DNA from: Plasmodiophora brassicae
Lineage: Eukaryota
Direction of reading: 5' to 3'
Assembly (NCBI GenBank): GCA_036867785.1
Contig: CP145422.1
Location: forward strand, 806,001-870,000
Length of the DNA: 64,000 nucleotides
Part shown: piece by piece, positions 11,388-22,000 of the stretch
Numbering within the stretch: the stretch's first letter is position 1
Layout: each line of letters begins with the position of its first letter
Notes under the pieces: model-generated
Seen by the model: the letters and a program-made list of their open reading frames with translations, nothing else
The model's database searches: none
Told to the model about the DNA's origin: nothing
Program-made: the position numbers and the translations under genes

Positions 11388-12851
11388 CCGGGTTAGAAAA
11401 AATGCCGGTTTCGGCGACCCTGGTCGCCAGGCGAAGGCCTCGTTGACCCGAAGGAAGCCGCGACGGAGGAATGAAGCTTGATGTTCTTAATGAATTTGCA
11501 GAGTGAGTAAATGACGCCATATCAATGACTTAATGATCGATAACACTGGCTTCAACACGACACGAAGAGTGCGGAAGTGGCGGACCACTCGGACTCCGTG
11601 ACACTATAACCGGTACCCTTGGACAACCGTGGACACGGGCGGACCCACTGCCTTCGGGGGATCTGGCATCTGGGGACGGGGGCGGGGGCGCGCATCTGTG
11701 GACGGGTCCAGCCCGTCCGATTACGTTCAGCAGGCGGGAACGGCAGCTCGTGCTTCGAAATCGACTGTACCTGCACGGACGCCGGCTGAGCGTCGTCGGC
11801 GTTATCAGTTTTGACGTGGTTGGCTTGAAAGGTAGCGCCTTTGCTGGGATGCGCCGCTCGATCGTGCCGCCATCATGGCCGTTGCTGTAATCAACCCACC
11901 CGCCTGGGCAGTGGTCAAAATGGGGCGCACTAACGACATCGACTTCAAGGCGCAGACCATTCGTGGCTGCGACCTGATTCAGTACTGTTACGATCAGGAC
12001 AGGTTTCGCCCAACATCATCGCGACTCTCGGCGACCCGAGAAGCTCATCCTGGTCGATCGTCAGGCGGATCTGGACGCTGTAGTGGAAGCTTTCATCCGG
12101 TATGAGAAAGGTCGGCTGGAGGGCGAACGCGCTCTGTACATGGAGATGTGGGCAATCGCCGGCATCGGATTGAGGAAAGGCGCAACGGAACTAACTCGTG
12201 CTTTGGAGAAGCACTTTCGGGCAGACGTCGATGCCGACACCAATTGCGTAACACTGCAACTGCTGCTGAATGTTGCAGGCTGGCCAAAGTATAAGACGCC
12301 GTTGTCGGACAACCCTATCGTCGTTATTGGTGCGCCGCTCGCAGAACTACTCCGGCCGCCGAGGGCCCAACCTATTAAGAATTAGGCGATATTTCGTGTA
12401 CACCGTCTGGAGCGGCGACTGCGGCGGGCGTAGCCGGTCGCCCTCGGTTTCGTCGCTGACGAACGTCGTCCTTATCGTCGTTATTGGTGCGCCGCTCGAA
12501 CCTATTAAGAAATAGGCGATATTTCGTGTACACCGTCTGGAGCGGCGCCTGCGGCGGGCCGCTTTTGACGGGCTGCCTAGCCGATCGCCCTCGTTGTGTG
12601 GTGTCTGTGAAGACACCCCATGGATCGCACCTGACTGAGTCAGGTACCTTCATCGTAGGATCGCGAAGGTTCCGACTCTGGAGTCTAATAAATGACCCGT
12701 CGCTGTTTCGACTGGACCGTGCGGTGGCCCGACAATAGCGAGCTATATGTTACGACCTATCCGAAGGTCGGTTTGGGACCGATCCGAAGGCGAAATTGTT
12801 GGCGGCAGCCTTCGGCTGTCGCCGACCCGTATGGCACTTTTTCTAACCCGG
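11388..12851. mobile_element. Non-autonomous TIR DNA transposon (hAT-like), 1464 bp, 8-bp TSD
   Basis: TIRs ccgggttagaaaaaatgcc (11388) and ggcactttttctaacccgg (ends 12851) match at 18/19. The TSD GCCGTCAC occurs at 11380-11387 and 12852-12859. Subterminal CGAAGG motifs are present and no transposase ORF was recognised. Confidence 0.88.
12314..12561. repeat. Internal direct repeat inside the TIR element
   Basis: tatcgtcgttattggtgcgccgctcg...aacctattaagaaWtaggcgatatttcgtgtacaccgtctggagcggcg occurs at about 12314-12430 and again at about 12471-12561. Confidence 0.9.
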
Positions 12852-12924
12852 GCCGTCACATGCACCAATCCATTATAACTTACGGCCAAGATGCATTACC
12901 GAGACTGGGCTGTTATGATGTCAT

Positions 12925-13230
12925 CCGTCCAGGTAGTCGTCTACCTGCAATCGTTCATTCGGATACGACACTTCAGCCTCAGAATGCTTCCCGATTCGTC
13001 GTCCTCGCATGCATCAATAACAATCCGAACGACCCGCTGCCCGGTCTGGTTGGCCCGTCCAGCTGGTGACACTGGTACACCCGGTCCTGCGACATCACCG
13101 CGTGCGAAGCAATGAACATCAACTGATTCGTCCCATACTGGTCTTTGCGATGTGCGTCGATCGATATTGGGTCCAGGGCGTCTTCAAGCAGGGCACCGAT
13201 CGGATCGCGTCTGTCCGTCACTGGTTGCGA
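12925..13230 (-). pseudogene. Heavily degraded duplicate of the midasin 3' (VWA) end
   Basis: GALLEDALD..DAHRKDQYGTNQLMFI matches midasin GALLEGALDRLDAHREDQFGTNQLLFI. It carries multiple indels. Confidence 0.85.
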
Positions 13231-14109
13231 AACAGGCGATGGCATCATTGACGTCTTCCTCATGACGGGAACGCCCATCGACAACAACGTCCCCAGAAAG
13301 CTGGTTTGGCACATCCCCGTACGTGCCCTACAACGTGCAGCACTTCATGAGGCGGCCTGCGCCAAGATCGCCTATCGAATAAACGTTGGTGATTCGTTAA
13401 CGAGATCGCTCGTGCAGAGTCGGCCGACCACCGGCGAGGCCGAGGCACCGGCCTGTCCTGCAGGAGTATATTGCCAAATTACGGGACGACGCGATGATGG
13501 GCACCAGCTGGCGTCCGCGATGTGGCCGCTGCATGCTCCGGATCGATAGAGCGGCAACCATGCTGCACTCCCCTTATGATGACGATGTTGGTATCGGGAC
13601 CCGCGTAAGTCGCCGTCTTACAGTAGCTGACAGCTGCATGCACGTGATGGCACGCCGACAATACACGACGTTCGCCCGTGTCGACCTGTCTCGCACGTGC
13701 AGGTCCGTTAAATGCCATGGATCCAACGGAGGTGCCGTGCCTGCGTGACACACATTACCGCCCACCGCGATTAGAGGAGCCGATTCGAACGATTTGTCAA
13801 TACGTTATAGATGATAGCGACGCGGTGCACACGTCGGGCAAGCGTTCACTTCCGATCACCTGGGCGGCAATATGACCGATCTATGTCTTTGGATGGGTTA
13901 GCCTTGCAACAGCGATACACAATCGTACCAACCCCCCGTCACCATATTTCTAGATCTGTTGCAAACGAATTCTCTGCTGGTCAACCAAAGCAACGATCGA
14001 TGATGCCAGGCAACAGACGAGAAAGGATCATCAGCCGTCAACACACTTTGTATGAAATTCAATATTGTCGTAGACGTCACATTGATGCAAAGATGTCGGC
14101 CCGGGAATG

Positions 14110-15474
14110 TTAGAGCCATCTGCGGGAGAGGGACCGCGCTGCTTCGTCGGCAATACGACGAGCTTCCGGATGGAGGTCACGATCAGTCGACAGGACCGAC
14201 ATGAAATCCCGGAAATTACGGCGGTCCTGCTGACCTTGCAGAAGATGAAGGCGGTGCTGGACAATGAGACGGAAACAGGTCAGGACGGGATCCCCGTCAT
14301 GAATGACGTCGTCGTATCGCACAGTCGGACGAATCTTCTTGTCCACAGGGCCTTGAGGGTTTGTCAATGAGTACAGTTCCCAGCCACGAGCGACACGCGT
14401 AGTGAGGTCGTCCGATGGAGCGACGTCCGCCCAGTATCGATGCCCAAGCATGAACTCCACAAGGCGCACTCGTCCTTCACGACACGCCATGTCAAGCCAG
14501 AGCTCTCTCCACTCGTGCGAAGCGTTACGAAAGCACTCGTCATACGCGGTTTCCAGCACTTGATTTTGCATCCTGAAGAGTCTGACCATCGCTCTGGAAG
14601 GGGCATTTTCAGCAATCAGCTCACGTAATTGGATGGCAAACTCCGCGCGTTGCTTCTCTGGGTCAGGTTGAAGGCGGAGCAGTTGGTCCATTTTCTGCGG
14701 CGGCAGGCCTGCATCGGATCCCGCCCCTACCAACGTCCGTGCTCCAACACGACAGTCCAAACCGACCTGATCGACGATGAAGCCACGTGTCATGTTCTCT
14801 TTCAGCGCGTACATGAATGGAATACGAGCGAACCAGAAGCCGATCCTCAAATCACCGGACAACTTTCGCACTGCTCTGTTTAAACTGTCCACGGAATCTG
14901 CCGCAACGGCTGAGCATAGATTGTCGATATGTTGTGAATCATCCTGGATGAACTGACGGCGGTACACGGAGATCTTGGTGGCCCACTCGTCAATGGCACC
15001 AATTGATGGGGCGGTGCCAGGTTCAACACTTGTGTTGATGTAGCGTTGAATAGCACGAAGCGCCGGCTGGTGCCCAATCACGCACGACATGTACTTGGCC
15101 AAGACTACGTTTTCAGCAGGGAACGTCCCGTTACCAAACATGGGACAATTGAGCAGTGCGTCGATGGCTTGAGGGGCGCGTCCACTGGGCAAGTCGACAA
15201 TAAGGAGAAGTGCACGAAGGCTGTCATAGCGAAAGCGATGCCAAAGTTTGGCGGACAGCTTCAACAGGTCGTAATCAGTTTGACGACCGTGTCGGAGGGA
15301 GTGTAACCATGCACTGGTTTCCGTCAACCTCAGCCACTCGCTGTCGGTCAGGCTGGATCCAATACCGCCTGTAACGATGTCGCCGGACAGAATTCCCAGT
15401 ACTGGAGGCTGACTCGTACATGCCGACAAAACGATCGCTGCGATTATAGTGAGGCCCGGCGCCCAAATGCCCAT
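14110..15474 (-). CDS. Secreted F-box-like / ankyrin-like protein, tandem copy 2 (454 aa)
   Basis: Signal-like start MGIWAPGLTIIAAIVLSACTS, then LGILSGDIVTGGIGSSLTDSEWLRLTETSAWLHSL. It shares the C-terminal block of copy 1. Confidence 0.8.
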   Translation of the reverse strand: MGIWAPGLTIIAAIVLSACTSQPPVLGILSGDIVTGGIGSSLTDSEWLRLTETSAWLHSLRHGRQTDYDLLKLSAKLWHRFRYDSLRALLLIVDLPSGRAPQAIDALLNCPMFGNGTFPAENVVLAKYMSCVIGHQPALRAIQRYINTSVEPGTAPSIGAIDEWATKISVYRRQFIQDDSQHIDNLCSAVAADSVDSLNRAVRKLSGDLRIGFWFARIPFMYALKENMTRGFIVDQVGLDCRVGARTLVGAGSDAGLPPQKMDQLLRLQPDPEKQRAEFAIQLRELIAENAPSRAMVRLFRMQNQVLETAYDECFRNASHEWRELWLDMACREGRVRLVEFMLGHRYWADVAPSDDLTTRVARGWELYSLTNPQGPVDKKIRPTVRYDDVIHDGDPVLTCFRLIVQHRLHLLQGQQDRRNFRDFMSVLSTDRDLHPEARRIADEAARSLSRRWL

Positions 15475-15847
15475 CGTAGCCGGTCGTTGCTTGACGGTGC
15501 GGACGGGTGCTGCCGATTTGTGGCCAGTGCTGGAATGCGGGCTTCGTGCAGTGCGCACTGCACCGCGCCGAAAATAGGTAGGTAGCCGGTAGGTCAGTGG
15601 CCATATATATAGAAACGGGGCCCAAACGAACCTCAGGAATCTGTCCACCAGTCGTCGTCCGCTCAGAAGGAATGCTCGCGTTTAAAACATGGAGTCAGGT
15701 GCAAGTTGCGGCATACCATGGTACCTAACAGATTATTCCAAATAGTTACGATTTACAATACATCACTGGAGCCGACGAGACTGGCGATGCCCGTGTGTTA
15801 TGACGTATTCAAATACACCAGTTCATTTTAACGAACGGATGAGTTGA

Positions 15848-16240
15848 GTTATTGAGACCGGGCGGCTGAACCATTGCCGAAGCGCGTCGGCAACGACTAG
15901 GGGAAGGCGGCGGTTCGTTTCAGGATGATGTAAAACGGGAACGGGATCGGAACCCGTCTAGGTAGTCGTTCACCTGCAATCGCCCATTCGGATACGATAC
16001 TGACTTGAGCCGCAGAATGCTTTTTCGACTCGTCGTCCTCGCATGTATCAATGACGATCAGGACGACCAGCTGCCCGTTCTGAAGCGCCCGCCTCAACTG
16101 GCGACGCAGGTGCTCTCGGGCCTGCTGAATCAACGCGTCCGAAATAATGAACAGCAACTGATTCGGTCCATACTGGTCTTCACGATGCGCATCGAGACGG
16201 TCCAGGGCACCCTCAAGCAAGGCCCCGAACCGCGTCTGTT
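15848..16240 (-). pseudogene. Duplicate of the last ~400 bp of midasin
   Basis: LEGALDRLDAHREDQYGPNQLLFIISDALIQQAREHLRRQLRRALQNGQLVVLIVID and PFPFYIILKRTA are near-identical to 19056-19450, but frameshifted. Confidence 0.92.
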
Positions 16241-17320
16241 GGTAATTGAACGCGAACAGGCAATAACATCATGCAAGTCTATGTGCCCAACCCTCACGGG
16301 AACGCCCATCGTCAATCAGGCCGTCGGTCAGCTGGTTGAGCAGACCCCCGTACGTGCCCTACAACGTGCGGCATTTCATGAGGAAGCCTCCCGGCAAGAC
16401 CGCCTATCGAAACATGCAACGCCTTCGACCGGCGTTCGCCTTGGATCGCGAGGTCAACTTCGACCTCCCGTACAGGGTCTGCCCGGCCACCGGCGAGCTC
16501 GAGGCGCACCCAACGCAGATTGTCAAACAACGAAACGACGCGATGATGGACGCACCTGGCGTCCGCGAAGTGGTCTCTGCAGCCATGCTGCACTCCCCTG
16601 ATGATGAATCACGACCCGCGCAAGTAGCCAGTTTTACAGTAGCTGACTGCACGTGATGGCACGCCGACAATACACGGCATTCGCACCCGTCGATCTGTTC
16701 CACACGCGCAGATTCATCAAATGCCATGGCAACCACGAAGCAACGTGAGCAGTATGGATCGGGTTGCAGTCCAGGCAGTAGGCGTCGTTGCGATCGTGGC
16801 GATTGCTGGCGCAGTTGACGCTCTGCAGGTAACGCAGTCCAGCTTGGCGTCCTCGATGGGGCCATTCATGGAGGCGGCGACCTCCAACTTGATGCTTCGG
16901 AGCCAACGGCGGCGCCTGGGTTACACGAATTGCCGTCTATCGCGATTAAAAGAGGTGCCGTTGCGATCAATTTTGTTCAAACGTTGCAAATGGCAACGAC
17001 GAGACCGAGGCGGACACGTACCTCGGGCAAGCGGGATTATCGCTTCCAACCGCTTCGCTAGCAAATCTGTCTTATCACTTATCTTTCGGACTGGGTTAGC
17101 CTTACCACAGCCATATACAGTCGTACCAACGTCCCGACATCGGTCCGCTGCAAGCGAAAGGTCTGCTGGTCAAACAAATTAAAGCAACGATCGATGACGG
17201 CAGACGGCAGACGAGAAAAGGTCATACGTCATCAGCCGCCAACACAATGTGTATGAAATTTCATTACCGTTGTAGGCGTTTCGTTGATGCAATGACGACT
17301 GGCCGTGAATATGAGGGCCA

Positions 17321-18733
17321 TCAGCTGGAAAGGGAGTGCACTGCTTCGCCGGCAATACGGCGAGCATTCGGATGGAGGTCAGGGTCAGTCGACAGGACCG
17401 ACATGAAATCGAGGAATTTAACGCAGTCCTGCTGACCTTGCAGGAGACGAAGGCGACGCTGGACAATGAGACGGAAACACGTCAGGACGGGATCCCCGTC
17501 CTGAATGACGTCGTCGTAGCGGACAATCGGACGCCTCTTCTTGCCCACTGGGCCTTCATCAGGGTCTGTAAGTGAGTACAGTTCCCAGCCACGAGCGGCA
17601 AACGTAATCAAGTCGTCCGATGGGACGACATCCGCCCAGTATCGATGCCCAAGCATGAACTCCACAAGGCGCGCGCGTCCTTCACGACACGCCATGTCAA
17701 GCCAGAACAGTTTCCACTCGTGCGAAGCGTTACGAAAGCACTCGTCATATGCGGTTTCCAGCACTTGATTTTGGAACAAGAAGGGCACGGAAGCGTTACT
17801 GGGAGGGGCACTTTCAACAACTCGCTCACGCAATTGGAGAGCCAGAACAGCCGAATATTGATTCGAAAGCGAAGCGCCGGCGCCTGACGCCTTCCGGAAG
17901 GCAGTCTTCGCAATTCGTTGCCTTTTCCGTGTGCGGTCTAGAAGAACAAGTAGTGGGTGCAAGTACTGAGGCGTCAGTCCTGCATCGGACCCCGCTTCTA
18001 GGGCCAGGAGCAGTGTTCCGATACCGAGGGTTTCATCCAGGAAGCCACGCACCGTGTCCTCTTTCAGCGCATACATGAATGGAAGACGAGCGAACCGGAA
18101 AACAAGCCTGGGATCAACGTGCAACGCTTCCAGTGCCCCCTTCAAACCGTCGACGGAATCTGTCTCAACCGCTAAGCACAGATTGTCGAGGTGAGGTAAA
18201 TCGCCCTGGGTTAACTGGCCGCGGTAAACGGAGACCTTCGTGGGCCAGTCCTCAATGGCACCAATTGACGGGAATGTGCCTGGTTCAACACTTGCATCGA
18301 TATAGCGTTGAATAGCACGAAGCGCCGGCTGGTGCCCAATCACGCACGACATGTACTTGGCCAAGACAACGTTTTCAGTCGGGAACGTTCAGTTACCAAA
18401 CATGTGACAATTGAGCAGTGCCTCGATGGCTGGAGAGACGCGTCCACTCGGCAAGTCGACGATAAGAAGAAGTGCACGAAGGCTGTCATAGCGAAAGCGA
18501 TGCCAAAGTTTGGCGGACAGCATCAACGTGTCGTTATCGATTCGGCGACGATGACGGAGGGAGTGAAACCATCCATTGATCTCCGTCAAACTCAGCCAAT
18601 CCCAATCGGTCAGACAGGGTCCAATACCGCCTGTAACGATGTCGTCGGACAGCATTTGCAGTGGAGGCTGACCCGCGCATGTCGACAAAACGGTCCCTGC
18701 TCGTATTGTGAGGCCCGGCGCCCAAACGCCCAT
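17321..18733 (-). pseudogene. Tandem copy 3 of the secreted F-box-like family, with one in-frame nonsense codon
   Basis: ORFs 18389-18913 and 17321-18364 share a frame. The TGA at 18389-18391 replaces the Gly codon of FGNGTFP. An Arg also interrupts the signal h-region (GLTIRAGTVL). Confidence 0.85.
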
Positions 18734-19055
18734 CTTATCCGGTCGTTGCCTGACGACTGACGGTGCTGACGAGGTGTGGCCAGTGCTTGAATGCGGCTCC
18801 GGTCGGCGCGCAGTCGCTCCTGAATGCACTGCGCCGAAAATAGGCCAGTGGCAATACAACACGGGTCGAAACGAACCCCAGAAGCATAGGTCTGTCCCCC
18901 TGTCGTTGTCCAATCAGAAAACATGAAGTCATGTGGAAATTGCGATGCCTACCACTTCATTCCAATTGGTTACAACCTACAATACATCACTGGAGCCGAC
19001 CAGATTGGCGATTTCCGGGTGTTATGACTTACACATCAGTTCATTATAAGTTGGG

Positions 19056-22000
19056 TTATCGGGACCGGGCTGCTGTGAGTTCGAACCACTGTCGAAGCGC
19101 ATCAGCAACGACTAGGGGAAGGTCGGCGGTTCGTTTCAGGATGATGTAGAACGGGAACGGGAACCCGTCCAGGTAGTCGTCCACCTGCAATCGACCATTC
19201 GGATACGATACTGACTTGAGCCGCAGAATGCTTTTCGATTCGTCGTCCTCGCAGGCGTCAATGACGATCAGGACGACCAGCTGCCCGTTCTGGCTCGCCC
19301 GTCTCAGCTGGCGACGGAGGTGCTCTCGGTCCTGCTGAATCAACGCGTCCGAAATAATGAACAGCAACTGATTCGTCCCAAACTGGTCTTCACGATGCGC
19401 ATCGAGACGGTCCAGGGCACCCTCAAGCAAGGCCCCGAACCGCGTCTGTCGGTCGCTGAACGCGAACTGTCGAACGATCTCGGGCCCCGACCCGGCGCCG
19501 AACCGATCCGCTACCAAGGTCACATCGTCGCCGAACTTGAAGACGGTCAGATCGCCACCGCATTCCAATCGGGACAGCGACGTGCAGAGGACAGTCAGCG
19601 CCTCGAGAGCAACACGATTCGCATTGTGCTCCTTCATGGACAGCGAATTGTCGATGGCGACGGCAATGTCGTACCGGCGGCGGGACAGGCGCGACCGTCG
19701 CATCCAGATCCGGTCCTTGCGGAACGAGCTGGCGATGTAGGCGATTACACGTCGCATGTTCAGGCGCTTGCCAGTGCGGAACGCTCCACCGAGCTTGGCC
19801 GCGATCTGCGGCGTCAGGATCAGCCGTAACTGCTCCGTTAACGACGATGACACCTCGTTCGTTGCCACCTGCAACGATTGCCACAACGCATCATCGACGA
19901 CGTCAGCGGCCCCGTTACCGACCTCAACCTCCATCACAGCAGTATCACAGTCATCGCTCTTGTCCGGCGAGCGCTCGAGACCCGTAACGAACGATGAGAC
20001 CGCTGACGACGATGTGGCAAACACGTCGTCCATGTCGAGGTCATCGTCTGGGCGCTTGCCATCATCGTCTTGGGCGACTTGTTCATGCTTTTCAGTTCGG
20101 CGCCGACGGGTGCCCGCTATCGACGTCTTCAACGACTCGGTCTTGTCGTCGGCTCCGTCTCGCTTCGGGTTGGCATCATCGTCAAGATCCATTGCATCTT
20201 CGTCTTTCGGCTCGTTGGCGACTTCCTCGGAGACGTCGACAGGAGCACTGGCCTCGTCGTGGCCAGAGGCAGGTGCCATAGCGTCACCGTCGGCCTGCTG
20301 ATCAGCGCCCTGTTCACAAAAGTTAGGGACAGGGGACAGAAACGCACATGCAAATCGACACGACGTACGACATGCTCGACTGGACCGTTGTCAGCGAGTT
20401 CCCGCGGCGACCTGTTGGTGTTGTCGTCCCATGCCTCATGCTGCGCCTCCTGCTCAAGCACCTGACGCATTCGCTTGTCCCAGTGATCGCAAGCCGCGCT
20501 GGCGCTTCGCAGAGGGTTCTCGGTTGCTGGACGCTGACGCTCGCGGCGCGCCGCGCTATCGTCATGCGATTCCGGCGACGATTCCAACGGGCATACGCGT
20601 CCATCGCCATCCATTCCAACCGCATTGGCCTGCGGATCCGCTTGCCCGGCGGCGTCCTCGTTATCCGCTCCGTTGTCCGGACGACCCTGACGCAACGTCA
20701 ACCATCGCAAATCCGCACGAGCAAACGAAACACCCACCTGATCGCAAGCGTTGGCGTTGTGCTCACGTTCGGGGAGATCGACTGCAATGGCATCCGGATT
20801 GGAAGATGCTTGCTCAGCATCGGCACCTTGCGCATCCGGCTGCTGGTCTTCGTACTGCATGTCCTCGACCTGCTCGACGTCAGGCGCGCCAGCGCCAGCG
20901 TCACCGTCGTCATCAACATCGCCGTCCGCATCGTGATCGCCTTCGACATGCTCTGCGTCGACGGATTCACAATCGCTGAGGTCGTCGACTTCATGTTCCT
21001 GCGACCCGGCGTCGTCGTCATTTCGGTCGTCCGGGTCCACGTTGTCCAGGTTGAGATCCTCGGGTATCGTCATGTCGATGTCGTGGTTATCCTCAACCAT
21101 GTTGTCTGCACCATTGCCGACGTCCTCCTCGTCTTCGCCGTCATCATCATGCTCCGGGAACTCGCCTTCCTCCTCGACAACAGGGTCGGCAGCGTCAGGT
21201 CGGTCCTGCTTGTTCGCAGCGGGGTCGCTCTTCTCCTGCTCCTTGCCGCCGTCCTGATCGTCACGACCGGCACCAATGTCCACCTGGTCGGGACGCTGAC
21301 CCTCCACCTTCGAGTCGTCTTCCAGCTTCTCCTCGCGTCGATCAGTACCTTCATCTTCCTTGTCAACGTTATCATCCCACCTGGACGCATCGTTAGTAAA
21401 GCATTCCATGGACGAGGCGCCCGTGTACGAACAGTCGCTCGTCGACGACATTATCCTTCGGGTCGGGTTCGCCCATCTCTTTGTCCAACTCCTCGTCGTC
21501 TTCACCATCGTCGTCGTCGTCGGACTCTCGGCGGTCGTCGTCGCGTTCGTCCGGGTTGACGTCGTGGAGATCGCCGTCGAACTCGTTCTCCATCTCCATG
21601 CCCGCCTCGTCGCGGTCCACAGGATCACGATGATTCTACCGACACGGTTCAGTGCACGACGATGGGGACAGCAACTACCACAGCGCGTACCTGATCGCCC
21701 TCCTGATCGTCATCGTCGTCGAACTTATCCTGTTTGAGGCCCAAGAGTTGCTCTTCGTCCTCGATCTGATCACTGACGTCGCGGTCACCACGACCTTCGC
21801 CCATACCGGTCCCGTCCGCTGCCTCTTCCTTCGTCTGCTGGTCCTGTTCTTCGCCATCGGTTCTAACGCAATCACAGCCGTCAGGTACGACAACCAAGTT
21901 AGACAGTTCGCAACGTACTCGCTGGGCGGTGGCTTGCAGAATCCATTGGTGACCAGCGATATCAAGATGGCACCGCACGATCGACCAAGGGATGTGCACG

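Noticed and set aside
18389-18391. TGA as selenocysteine, read-through or an alternative genetic code
   Set aside because: The paralogs have Gly here, not Cys or Trp, and TGA is a normal stop in other genes of the window.
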